Positions 51,621 through 64,000 of a stretch of 64,000 bases of DNA are shown here, one piece after another; positions within the stretch are counted from its first letter, which is position 1; each line of letters opens with the position of its first letter. The DNA lies in the NCBI GenBank assembly GCA_038496445.1, contig JALMLS010000420.1, forward strand, positions 310,001 to 374,000, read 5' to 3'. This DNA comes from Trichosphaerium sp. ATCC 40318 (taxonomy: Eukaryota; Protista; Tubulinea). The notes under the pieces were generated by a model. It worked only from the letters and a program-made list of their open reading frames with translations, made no database searches and had not been told where the DNA came from. The position numbers and the translations under genes are program-made.

Positions 51621-53680
51621 ATGAGAAAGGAATTGGTATATAGAATTTATTCGGTTTTAAACGCAATAATAGCTCTAACAGTGTACAGATATACATAAGT
51701 GTAATCATTACGCTCGCAAGCACATCTAATGCCCTGATAATACATTCTAACCACAGTATCGCCGGTATGAATATTATCCCACTAAAAACGGTTGTAACTC
51801 ACTTTTTGAGCCCTAGGATGGTATAATTCGCCTGAAATATCATGGACAAGACCTAGTTCGAGCGTTTGGCAAGATATAACAGGTAGTCACGTGAAAAGTC
51901 GAAAATCTAATTTCTTCAAAGGAGAAATGGTTTGGTTTAAATCAGGGCTCAACTTTACTGGAAAGATAGTGTTTTTAGGCAAAGAGCAGCCTTGGGAAAA
52001 GAACGTACAAAAAATCTACGAGGGTCATGGTATAGCTGCTGTGCTATTTAGGAAACACTTGAGTACGCGTCAAACGGTTCCTAGATGGAAGTATTTGTTT
52101 GTTAACTGAAAAAATAACGAGATTTTCTATTAGAAACTGCTGGGTTCCTTAACTACTTTAAAAGCAACCACCAGCTTGCTATGTCACTACAATCAGTAGA
52201 ATTAGGAAAATATGACGGATACAAAATCACAGATTTTTTTAAAGAAAATGGTAACACAACTCTGAATGTCACTCTATCGTCAGGTACCGTGTACTAGTTT
52301 TGTGTATTTAATAGTTAGCGCTCATTTAATGTTTCGCGTAGACAAAAACCCGTGGAGGGCTCAAAAAGAAGTTGGATCTATTTTCTGGTCTATCATCATG
52401 TCAGGGTTGTCATTACTGTGCATAATGTACGCTAGTTACAAACTCTACGTGCGTACACGCTTATTTTTTTGTTTTGGAAGTTTTTTTGTAGACTGATTAT
52501 GGTTGTTGTAGTTTTCACTTAGATTCATGGCAATATGGTCTCTGATGAACTGGTGCCTGGCATTAGAAATATTTAGTAATTTCGGTACAGTTTTTATTAC
52601 TCTACAAAAGTTGGTTTTTTTTCTAACAAGATGCGTCAAAGTGCGCTTCTGGTATGTTGTTATTGATCCTTTATACTCGAGACGTATTTTCATAAACGGC
52701 ATTCAAGAACTATTTATCTCCGGATTACCTTCTTTCACACTAGGTATGAAACAACTACTGCCAGTAACTGTTAAAACAAGTGTTTGTTTAAATTAATAAT
52801 TTGTAGCTACGACGATTCTGATTGCATTCTACTGGCTTGAGCTAATGGACAACTCAAAGCGTTGTAGGAACGTTATGTCACCTACCTTGAAGAAGTTCAT
52901 GATCCCTGCTTTTGTTACGATTTCTATATTCGTTGTACTTGATATACTCGGTAGTGGGCTACGAGGCTTTACTGATGTATCTGTACTCTTTATGGTATTC
53001 GTAATAGGATTTATTATTGGTATCTTGGCGCTTGTTGTATTCTTCTTGTACAGCGGCACAAAAATCTTGATTATGCTTCGAGATACGCCAGCACCTACAA
53101 AATCTACTGACAGGATGTTTAATGTAAGTACACTTACTTAACTCTGATTGAACAAAACTTAAGTCAACCGCTCTTTTTTTTTCTGCTTTTCCTTGACGTG
53201 CTCATGATATTTAATCGTACAACTTGCGTTGTATTGTATAGTAAGCGTCACAAAAAAAATAGGAGAATGAGCTTCCCATTCTCTTTTTTTCGTTTCAGTT
53301 CTTTTCTCTTTTTTTTCTGATTTTGACTTTTTTTTTGTTTATTCTAGGCTACCTTGCGTATTGTTATTAGTGGATGCCTAGGATTTTTAATTGTTATACC
53401 TGTATGTCTACTTCTATCTGATTGGTACAGTACACCAACTGGATATATATTTACATGGACGTGGTATTACTGTTCTTTGTATGCAATCTCTTTGCTTAAG
53501 ATATCTGCTTTTACACCAAAGAAGAGTAGTAGTTCTAGTATAGGTTCTATACAAAGTACTGCAAGGTTAACACTTGGAAGAGATACAAATACTTCAACAT
53601 CAACGAATAAGAGTTTTATACCAGAATTATCTTCAATGGAAATAAGTGAGACGAGCGAAACACTGTTGGTTAAACAATAA
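51621..53680 (+). CDS. Signal peptide + PA-like domain + 7TM-like protein, multi-exon
   Basis: NFTGKIVFLG...GIAAVLF (PA-like); multiple TM exons with VIDP and YWLEL; Ser-rich tail. Confidence 0.7.
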
Positions 53681-53921
53681 AATGTTCGTACACATCCTCT
53701 CGTTTTATTTATAATTTTAGACAGCTTGAAGGACTTTATCCAAGCTAGACTGTTACGTAAGCTGTCAGTGATATGAATCAACCTTAACAAATAGAAAGGC
53801 TGGGTAAAGTGTGTTGTGTTTGATAAATTATTTTATTTTGATATTAACATGAGGTTTTGTTACACTTTGATTTTAGTTTGTGGAGGTTGTATTGTGAAAT
53901 AAAATGGCTTGGCCACTGATT

Positions 53922-56900
53922 TTAATCAAGTATAGGTCTTGGTGTAATATCAGGAGCTCTAGCTGTGAATTTCTCAGCTATACTATTAAAAGACAAACGA
54001 TCCTTTGGATCAAACCTCCAACATGCTTGCATAATTGTTTTTAGCCATGGTGGCGTTCTCTTTGGGATATCAGGATGATATCCATTATCTCTGATATCTA
54101 ATAGAACAGATAGTACATCTGTTGCTTCTTCATGAGGCTCCATACCTGACTATTGACAAAAATGATTAGGTGACTGCGATCTGATTTACAGTATTACTTA
54201 ACATACCATAAGTTCGTAACATACACAGCCAAACATCCAAACATCCGTCTCAGTAGAGTAAGTTTTATCACTTAAAGACTCTGGAGCCATCCATCTAAAC
54301 AACAATTAAGTCTCAATTGAACAACAACTTCAAGTTTTGCGCTTTTGATTTTTCCCGGTGAAAGCAAAAATCTAACCTGACAGGTCCGGTTGTGGCTTTT
54401 GTTTGACCTCTTTTATCTATACGAACTGTCCTAGACAATCCAAAATCCGATACTTTTGGTACAGGATTATCACCACCAGATAAGAGAATATTTCTACAAG
54501 CTAAATCACGATGCACTATATTTTCCATATGTATGTGCATTACGCCTCTAGCAATCCCTTTTAAAAGTTCTGTACATTGTGAAATGCTTATGAGAGGGTT
54601 TTTGAATGCTATAGTATCTAGAGAGCCTCCTGGACAGAACCTAAAAAACAACTATAAGCAAGGAAAAAAGACAACTTGCAAATTTCTTTTTTTTTGAAAA
54701 ACCGGTGATGTTGTTTACAGAAAATGACTTGACACACGTGGGTTTTGTGGTGATAAATCACCAGTAAGACAATAAAATTTTATATCCAGTGACGTACTCC
54801 ATAACTATACCACGAGTTTTTTCATCTATTATAGCGCCATACATAAGTACAACATTAGGATGAGGTCTCATAATATGCATAAGGTTAATCTCAGATACAA
54901 ACTCAGCTAGAGCATCTTCCTTAACCTGAAGACCTATTTTAACAGCAACGTCTGTTGCACGCCATTTACTATACATAAATAAGTAACTAACCATTTAAAA
55001 AACAAAGGAAAACGTAAATACTGAAATGAGTTAGAAAATTAGAAATTTGGGTTGTTGTTTCTTACGCTTGGTATACTGCGCCATAGTTGCCTCTACCTAG
55101 TTCCCTTATCATATTAAATTCATCTACAGGAATTTGAAGCTTTTCAAGTAAATTTGCAGGCTTAGTGTCAGTTGAAAGTTCAGATGAAACAGTTCCTAAT
55201 GTTCTTTCAGGTACCACTAAAAATACAATTAATTGCTACATTCATCAAGAGAAAAGATCATCACAAGACGTACTTATTTCAGGTTGACGATCCTTTGCAA
55301 GAAAGAAAACTCCAATAATACTGGAAACTACCACAACTAGCACAACTAGTACTAATGTTCCAACAATTATGGCTACAAATAAATTAGGATCAAAAAACAG
55401 TTAACTGTATTTACGCACGTATACTAAGTTTCTGTTGGCCATCTTCAGCGTCTGTGTTGTTAGTATTTGGTGTTGTCACCCTTGAAGATACTACGAAAAT
55501 ATCAGGGACTAAACCATCACGACTTCGAACAAACGAAATAAATTAAAAAAACCAGAAAATAGTAAGAATCATACAATCCCACTCTTGAATGTGACAACCC
55601 ATACTATTTTGCCCCTCAATTTGTTCATAAGCAATAAGTATTTTATCTGTAGACAGGAATAGACCAGATCCAACATCTAAAGTATTAAAAACAAAGAAAG
55701 AAATAAGAGAAAAACGTAACGTACAACCCCTATACATATCTGTATCTGTTCCGCTCGTTAAGAATGTAGATCCACCAGTTTGAAACAAAATATTGTACGA
55801 GCCATCTTTCACAACTATGGTCGTAGGCTCATACGTTCTGGAACTCATTTGTGTCTCAAATCCAACGCCAAAAGCATATGTGTTGCTATCGGGGTTTGGA
55901 TCTGTCCAGTAAGGACCTTCACCGTTAATAAACATTCTAATATACGGTAGATTAAACAATCGAATAGGTGCAATAGATTGGGTAAGGTTTTCTGCATGTA
56001 ATGTGTATATGAGCGCTAAAGACGTTAGATTAAATATGCTGACATATAAAAAAATTGTACCTCTTGGTTCAGTTACGTTAACAACTAGTTGCTCTTCAAG
56101 TGTAAGTGGTTTTTGTGGAGGAGTAGATACAACTACAAGAACAAGATTTAGTAATAGCCAAAAGTTAAAGCAATGGTAATATTATTGCAATGAACGTACC
56201 CAAAACTAAGGTTGTCTTATTATATACAGTGTTTGGAAAAAAATGTGTGAGGTATTTAAAATATGGTTCTACGCCTTGTGTGATATTTATAGGGTTTGAA
56301 ATAGATATAAAATTAAGTGATGTATCCATTGTTTGTAAGTAGACTGTTTCATCCTCTACCCATCCAAGCAAAACTCGATCTTTAACAAATGAAACTTTAG
56401 GTGATTTCATTGTGTTATCACGTGATACATTTAAAGTTTTAACCAAGACTCCACCTCGTACTTCAAAAAGCATTACATCCTCTGTTACAATACTAGGAAA
56501 GCTTACTACTACATCGTCAACACCGCCTATTCTCGTTACAGAGACACGGTCTCGAAAGAACTGTGGAACACTAGTAAAACAAAAACAAGTTAAAAAAAAA
56601 AGATACAAAGCAAATAGATAACTACTTTTTGAAACGTACATCAATGTTAACTCTGAATGTATGGCTATATCACTCCTTGTTCCATTAATATTAAACGTAC
56701 TAAGTAGTAACGTTTCGCGACGGGCTTGTGACGGCATTAACTGAGAAGTCTTGTCACTTTCTCCAACAACACAAAAAATTGATTGATCACCACCAATAAA
56801 ATCGCAGTACTGCAAAAGTTGGACGTCAACTTGATAGCATGGCTCTCCAATAGTACTTGAACAACGTAGTGGAGAGCACCAATGTGTTATTGGTACTAGA

Positions 56901-57194
56901 GTATTGTTTGACAGCTTTTGGAGCATGAGACAGAGTTTTTGTGCTGTACTATCGCGTGTCTCTATTACGTTAACGTATGAGAATAAATAAATATCTCCAG
57001 AAGGCGCTGTTAGAAGCAGCGGGTTTACAGTATTGTCTATTTCTACGCAGTGTGAATAAAGAAGGTTACTTTTGTTCATTTAACTAACCAAAGCCATCCA
57101 GAGGAGATTTGGCGCTTATTGTCGCTATTGGGACTTGGCCAAGTGAGTACGCAACCAATATGGACAAAAGTAGCCAAAACAATGTATCACGCAT
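53922..57194 (-). CDS. Single-pass receptor kinase with tyrosine-kinase-type motifs, multi-exon
   Basis: Signal [19 protein letters not shown]; TM ~55290-55375; [45 protein letters not shown]. Confidence 0.92.
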
Positions 57195-57926
57195 TTTATG
57201 TGCGTAAGCGAGCGTAATGACGCTCTTTTACCACAATACGTATTTTTGTTCAAATAAATAGTCCTTGGCGTTTAATTGTTTCCCTGGGCATTTTTATTGG
57301 ATTATAAGGTTGTACAAGTGTCACATACCTACAAAATATCTAAAAATATTCACTGTGGCTGTATTTCCGTTTTCAGTCTAGAGCCGAGCAGTATTTAGAT
57401 GTTTCGGCAAATCGATAACCTTCCTGTACAAATTCTGAATATTTCTTCTCTTTACTACGGTTTGACTGGTTAGAACTAGATGCTTTTACGGAAAAACCCA
57501 CGGCGTTTGCATTTTCATGTTAGTTTAATCAAGAGATTCTAGATGCATCAATCCACAGGTTTTTTTAAACTCCATCAGCAGCGATCTAAATACCAGCTTA
57601 GCTAACTCCACGCGTAGAAATAGCTTGGAGAGTTATTTCCAGTTATTTTGATGGCTGACACTGTTCGCAATCAGTCAACATCGTTCAGTTGTTGGTAAAC
57701 AAGTTTATGTGAACTTGCACGTAATGGCACGTGCGAATAGTAGTCACCAGCATTCTGATGGGTGAAATATTAAGCCATATAATAAATTTAATAAATTGGC
57801 GATCAATCAAGATAAACATTTATTCAAAGTATACACATGCATCACAACACTTCTCCACCTTAACGACGTCCACAATCAATCAAAAGCTCTTTGCCTGACA
57901 ACACATCAGCATAACATCACCAAAGA

Positions 57927-60155
57927 TGAAAAAACCTTGCTTGCTATCTGTACTATGCTTACTCACCTTTTGTACGTCTTATCCAAGCTCATGATAAGCA
58001 AATCAATCTCTTATTTTTTGTAGTTTTGTGTTCGCTCAGCGAACTGGCGAAGCCGAAACTTCACGCCACAGTTATTAGCCGGCCGGAAGATGGAGTTGGG
58101 ACATCCCTCTTGGCTAGCAATGACGTTTGTTCGCTAAGGGAATTGCAGCTTTGGCATTGTGCCAATGAGCGCAAACGTATACATCTGTCATGAAAGGTTG
58201 TGGCAAGAAATCATTCACGATTTACAACCATTGGACTACTACAGTACGTTTATACAGTTAAACGTACAACAAGGCACTTGCTAAAAGCGTGTAGGAACGA
58301 ACAATGAAATAATTCTGATGTATAAGTTGTCCATTGCTGTGCCACTGTTTGCTCTCTCCGTTTTCTTTACCGTTTTCATATTTGGGCTACTACCGTTCAG
58401 TTTTGATGTGGGCATGTATGTTACATCAAGCACACAAGTTGGACACACTGAGACAAGCTTTTTTCTTGTACTCACTGACAATAATCGTGCGTTGGGATTG
58501 GTTAATCTTAGATAGTCTTACTGTTGTTTTAGAGACAATGAAGTGATGGAAGTTCCAATTATTTAAACGCTCCAATTGAATTATTTGAGATATACAATGA
58601 CGTGTGTCCTCAAGAACAAGTCCACGTGACATCAGGGAAATTAGACGGTGACATTTACAATGGCCTTGTGTTCGCTTGCAATAGTGAAATTTTGCGTTTA
58701 AGTGGAAGTGAACTCGCTGGCGTAGAGCAAGGAGCGAAATTGAAAATGTCTGAACTCAACATTGTGAAGCAAGCAGTAGAATACTGGTATACAATCAGCT
58801 GATGTCGATAAAGATGGTATAGATGAAGTGAGAGCACGCAGTCTGCATTAATGCAGGCATGTGGGCTTACAACATGGGTACGAGCAACAAATTGCTACGA
58901 TTGTGCTAACCTTAAACTTATAGGAACGCTCGGGGAACCAGTTTATACCGTAGAAGTAGTTAACTCCAACGATGAGGTAATGAGTATCAGTACATTCGAT
59001 AGACGTCAGAAAAGATTTTTGCGAGTAACACTTAACGATATGAGGTAAACGTTTTTGTTGACACATTGCTTAAACAGTTCCTCACATAATTATTACAGAA
59101 ATAGTGACATCAACATCATTGATGTCAGTGTCAAAGGTGTCACTGTAGAGTATATGGAAACTACTCAAACAATCGATGAGGTAGTAGTAGTGAGGGTAGA
59201 ATATGCGCGCGATACAAATGATAGTGTTGAAAACGTTGCCATTATGTTGAATCGCTCAGAACACCCGTTCATTGCAAAGCAATTTAACATTAGTGGAACC
59301 ATCAATATAACTTCTGTGATGCCAAAAGCATCTGTTCCAGTCGCTTTGTCTCCATCAAACCCGGTAACAATTCCGTCAAAGTCCATAAAAAGCGCCTCTT
59401 CAAAGTACGAAAGTAATTGATCCGAAAACTGAAGAGTGTGACAATACAATTGGATGTGGTAATGATTGTCTGTGTGAAACTGCTTACTTGGGTAATGGAT
59501 CTTGCGTACCTCCTCCAACAATGTCACTAACAACAGACGCACCTACTAATACAGTACCTACAATGATATCAATTGTGGCTCCAGACAGAAGAAACCAACT
59601 ACTGAGCAACCAACAGCGATTACTACAACTATGGTATGGTAGAGATGCACCCGAGCCGTACATGTACCATTTCACAAAACCATACACCATAAATACACCA
59701 AACGCGGAAGGGTGTAGAAAGATCAGCGAGCTCTAGAGCTGTACCCCCAAAGAGCTAGGATGGAGTTACCCTAAACTCACAATAACTGGTACAGAATGTA
59801 CACCCAGAAAACAGTTAGGGAGCGGAGCGATCTTCTGTCTATCACGGTGGACGTTAAGAAAAAGAAAGTGTCAGTTAAAATCTTTCAAATCAAGTACACT
59901 ACATGGCTGCACATGAGGAGAATGATACTCAAACACCTGAATGAGTTAGATATAGATGGCATACCAACGTTTGTACGTATACCTTTTTTTGTTGGCTCAG
60001 GCTTCGGAGCTCCACAGAGAGATACCATTAGCGGAATCAAGAGCTTTGGATCATTCCAACAGTTTCAAAGTTGGATTTTTTTCATTTTGTACTGGTCTTT
60101 AATTTTGTTGCATCTGCTTGCAGTGTATGCGTCGACTGTTGTCTGCCTTCCTTAG
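57927..60155 (+). pseudogene. Disrupted secreted/membrane protein gene with Cys-rich module
   Basis: Signal-like MKKPCLLSVLCLL. Coding-like segments are broken by stops (e.g. 58189, 59734) and frameshifts. IDPKTEECDNTIGCGNDCLC resembles a Myxococcus-type Cys-rich repeat. Confidence 0.5.
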
Positions 60156-60602
60156 AAATTCTGTTATTATTAGTCTGTTTTCTTTGTAGCCCTCAGAGTT
60201 TGTTTCTAAAACAAAAATCTCTATCACAAGCCACTTTATACGCAATAGCTACCTACTTGAAGCAGTCAATTATTACAATAACTGCACTACCTAATACTTT
60301 AACAACCTGATTGAAGCACTCACTACAGAAATACGACAAAAAAAAACAATCACGTGATGAGTACCAAAAGTGCAACCAGAAGTGATCATTGTAAAACTGT
60401 TCACCTATGCACTACCCATCAACAATTACGAGTCCGAATCTGCACATTATCATTCCATTCTTACTTGCTAACTTAACATAACATTAAAATGTCGAACATT
60501 GTTCGTAGCAAATAAAAGCTCCACGTGCTCAGGTCACATAAACTTTTCTGTCTCAAATTTCTTGTCTAGAGGGTCAGTCAGAGAAAACCGTTTAACATTT
60601 GT

Positions 60603-61469
60603 ATGTTGAAAAGAAAATCTTCAACGAATTCGAAACGATTTTCCGCAAAAAAAACAAAGGAAGTTCTGACTTGCCTCTACCATAATTACAAACACACAAC
60701 AGTCATGACAACAACCACAGACATAACTGTTGAAGCTTTGAACGAATTCGTAGGACAGTTTAACGTACCAAATGACGAACCGGAGAAAGAACCAGTGAAA
60801 GTCGCTGTAAATGATTGGATTGGTATAGGAGAGGAAGGTTTTGATGTTAAGAGCGTCAAAATGCGCGAACTTGAAGGCGGACTCAACGGCTACGGTATTA
60901 TTCTGGAAAACGTTCTGACGCGCAAAGAGTGCCAAAATATCATCGCTGCCACTGAAAAAGTAGGCTACGGGTGCCTTGGAAAAGGTAAAACGGGTGCAGC
61001 TTACAGGGGTAACAGAAGGCTTCAAATACACGACACAGATCTCTCTATGGGCAAGGAACTTTGGAGACGCATCTCTAAATTCGTACCAAAAATAGAGACT
61101 CTACCAGACGAAGAAGGATCATTTGAGTTCAGTAAAATGAACGAGCGTTATAGATTCGCCAAGTACTACGCCAAACAAGGTTTTTCAATCCATGTTGACA
61201 AGCCAACAATATTCGAGCCTACAACATGCAGCATCTACACTGTTAATATCTACCTCAATGATTTAGCACCAGAACAAGCAGGAAGAACAAGGTTTTTCAC
61301 TAAAATCTTCAATGGTAAATTAGTCGCAAGTGCAGGCGGTTTAGCTGGAAGTGTTGTTATCTTTAAGCAAGCTGTAGTACCTTATAGTCCTTTCCATGAT
61401 GGAGAGCAACTAGCATCTGGTTTGAAGTATCTAATGCGCACTGATGTAGTGTACAACAACGTCAAATAA
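60603..61469 (+). CDS. 2OG-Fe(II) oxygenase (prolyl-4-hydroxylase-like), intronless; start may be 60705
   Basis: NVLTRKECQNII, NERYRFAKY, HVD, IYLND, HDG...KYLMRTDV (HxD...H...R). Confidence 0.9.
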   Translation: MLKRKSSTNSKRFSAKKTKEVLTCLYHNYKHTTVMTTTTDITVEALNEFVGQFNVPNDEPEKEPVKVAVNDWIGIGEEGFDVKSVKMRELEGGLNGYGIILENVLTRKECQNIIAATEKVGYGCLGKGKTGAAYRGNRRLQIHDTDLSMGKELWRRISKFVPKIETLPDEEGSFEFSKMNERYRFAKYYAKQGFSIHVDKPTIFEPTTCSIYTVNIYLNDLAPEQAGRTRFFTKIFNGKLVASAGGLAGSVVIFKQAVVPYSPFHDGEQLASGLKYLMRTDVVYNNVK

Positions 61470-61812
61470 ATCTGAGGCTCTGACCTTTTTTTTTTGTATT
61501 GTGTTGAGTTTTTTTCTGGATACAGTGGGACAAAACAAGATAATATTACGCGCTTGCGCAATGCAGTAAGCAGACATTTTCAGTAAAATGTGTCACGTAG
61601 TTGACACTTACTTTTCATTGAAGAAGAAATGTAATGTAAGTTAAATAAGTTGGCATTTTATAGGATCCCCTTAGTAACATACTCGTTTTCTGATCGCTGC
61701 TTAAATTGGATTCTTTTGGGTGAAACTGTGCTTGAGTCTCCTGAAGTCTCCATGTATTTATAAAAAGGCCCAACACATAAGCATACCATAAAAATCGCAG
61801 TACTGTTTACCC

Positions 61813-64000
61813 ATGGGCGCTTTTACGACATTTACAGTAAGTATCCGTTAACTTTCGTCATAACTAATTTCTGCAGGTATTAATATCACTGTACGCTATT
61901 GCGATAGCAGTACCATACGAAAAGGATGTTAAATCAGTTGTTACTATGGTAAGCCAAAACGCCTCCACTAAAATACCGCCAAACAAGCCAAAACTGTGGT
62001 TCTTACATATTTATTTGTAAACAACGCGCCCGATACTGATATCTGTCTGTTAGCACACAAAATGGATGCGGACGCCTTCAGTCGCGTATAACATACATGG
62101 CAATAAAGGAGCCGTTGTTACAGTTGGTAGTCACAGTGGTCACAATTTTATTGCAATGGAATTCATTAACGCAAATGGGGATAATCTAACATACAAAAAC
62201 AAGATTATAGAAGCACCTAGCGTAGATTGCCCAGCAGTTGCGTATAATCCGTCTTCCGATAATTTCTTAGTTACGTATACTGCTAAGAATATAAGTTTGA
62301 TCGATTTCTCCGTGAGGTATGCTCTTATTTTTAAAGTTATTTATTTTTTTCACCTTTTTGGTTTTTTTTTTATCGTTGAGCTTCTCTGGTAAACCCCTTT
62401 TGATGACGCTTGTTAATACTAAGTGTTTTTATAGCACATCTATTTATGGCGTGTTTGTTGATAACTCAGGAAACATTATGGGTGATCATTTTTCAGTAAG
62501 CACAACTCCACCGCAACAGAGTGGTATGTCACAATGGCCACCATGTCCTTCTGTAGCTTTCAGCACGGCAGATCAACAATTTTTTGTAACGTGGCATCAA
62601 AGAAGGCCTAAAGAGCCTGGATTCGAAATTGTCGGGTGCCTTGTTAATAGACAGACTGGAGGTATTGTAAGTGTAACACAGTCCAAACACCTAGCGTAAG
62701 TGTTCTTTATTTATACGTTACATTAAGTTACCTTTCTTAACCTTTAAGTTAGATACAATGGATTAAATCCGAAGAGTGTTTTCTCAGCTACAAAAGCGTT
62801 TACTGCATACCAATCTGTTGATTTAGCAACATCTAGACATGAAGCTTTCATTGTAGTCTCTCACCCTCTCCAAGACGATAAAAACACATTCCATAAGCAT
62901 ACACGTATAGATGTACGTTATTAAGAGTATACAGCACGCATAGCAACTAGAATTAATGTTGTTTAGAATCACAAAACAAGCAGTTTTGACGTTGGTGTTA
63001 ATACGCCACCAGATATAGTTTTTAATAGCGCTGTTGATAGAGTTATTACTGTGTGGTCTGCAGAGATTGTCACTGGAGAATCTGGTGCGTGTTATAGTTT
63101 ATAGCCTGATATCTGACGTATTTAGACATATACATACGCTCTGCTATTCAGACAGGAGGGTTTGATAGCAAGCCAATAAGAATCTCCTTCGCAAAGGATG
63201 CTTATGCTCCACGCATCGCTGTAGACCTTGTTCATGTAAGGACGATAATGTTTTAACTCGAAGCATCTCTAATATGTTTCTTTTAGAGACAATATCTTGT
63301 CATTTGGAATAAGAGAAGTGGTGGCGTTATGGGACAGTTTTTAAATGAAAGTTTTGAGTGGATAGGACTTAGCTTTGAGATTACAAGCGATAAGTCAGGT
63401 AAATCTATTACTGACCCTGCTACATCTCCTATTGTACAATATATTCCTAATTCCGATCGCTACATTGTACTATGGCCTGGTGCCAATGCGCAGACAATAC
63501 AAGGTGTATTCTTAGGTACATTGCTTAGCCAGTCTTCATTCTTACTTGTAACTTCAATAACCTCCAAATAGGTCCTCCAGATGTTAGTGTGGACATAATT
63601 GTCCCTGGTCAGACGTATACATATGCGCCTACCTCTGTACCAACAGAAGATGCGCCTACATTTGTACCAACAGAAGCTACTAAAGCGCCAGTACCAGCTC
63701 CAACACTTGAACCTACAACCGTACTTCCTCCAATATTTAGCCCAACTCCATTACCACCACTTCCGTCACCTGCTGACGATTTACCTACAATACAACCTAC
63801 ACCGCCTCCACCTGTAATGACACATACAGAATATGTGGAGAATCAGGGTAAATCAAGATCCACTGCCATTGCTTTTGCTAGTACGTCGACTACAATAGAA
63901 TTCTAAATGCTAACCACTTTTTTTAGTTCTTGTTCCAGCTTGCGCTTTCATTGTTATTGGCGTTGGTATTGCTGCATACAAGTGGATAAAGAGTCGTAAA
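61813..64000 (+). CDS. Single-pass surface protein (beta-rich repeats, Pro/Thr stalk, TM), truncated by the right edge
   Basis: Repeated P.VAyn....flV.W modules, PTEAPT stalk at 63620-63815, TM FIVIGVGIAAYKW at the window end. Confidence 0.75.

Larger units (their letters stand above)
15973..60357. promoter_or_regulatory. Dispersed TCACGTGA palindromes (E-box/CDEI/CLEAR-like)
   Basis: Exact copies seen at 15973, 17401, 20651, 29078, 30174, 32542, 43945, 46441, 49386, 50978, 51887, 56418 and 60350. Confidence 0.7.

Noticed and set aside
57927-59740. TGA reassignment or selenocysteine suggested by clustered in-frame TGAs
   Set aside because: Conserved genes use TGG for Trp and end in TAA, TAG and TGA. 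An alternative frame explains 59410-59520, and TAG/TAA stops also interrupt this locus.
1-64000. tRNA, rRNA, telomeric arrays, transposase/RT, and the many 60-130 aa ORFs
   Set aside because: No cloverleaf, rRNA, telomere or transposon motifs were seen by eye. The short ORFs are exon fragments or antisense shadows.

Overview
AT-rich, gene-dense eukaryotic nuclear DNA from an intron-rich protist. An amoebozoan-like lineage is inferred from cAR-type GPCR, PA-7TM and receptor tyrosine kinase-like genes. Most introns are ~40-60 nt, the code is standard, and about 27 genes or pseudogenes can be seen. Recognisable genes: TAF1 (truncated by the left edge), CCT8, an Angel/CCR4-type EEP phosphatase, a DH-PH RhoGEF, a Mn-type CDF transporter, an SDR, ETFRF1/LYRM5, a receptor kinase and a 2OG-Fe(II) oxygenase. 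Main oddities: (1) two unusual fusions visible only after splicing, RPA70N OB-fold + BTB and Mn-CDF + BRCT-like; (2) a strongly over-represented TCACGTGA palindrome in promoters and inside tiny introns, with an identical 22-mer in two unrelated introns; (3) a birth-and-death set of F-box genes (LRR, MORN-variant, CxxC) with several decayed copies; (4) a head-to-head pair of a PD-(D/E)XK repeat nuclease and an Angel-like phosphatase; (5) an intronic box C/D snoRNA in CCT8; (6) frequent AAG 3' splice sites and a GC-AG intron. Exon structures were assembled by eye, so boundaries of multi-exon genes are approximate.
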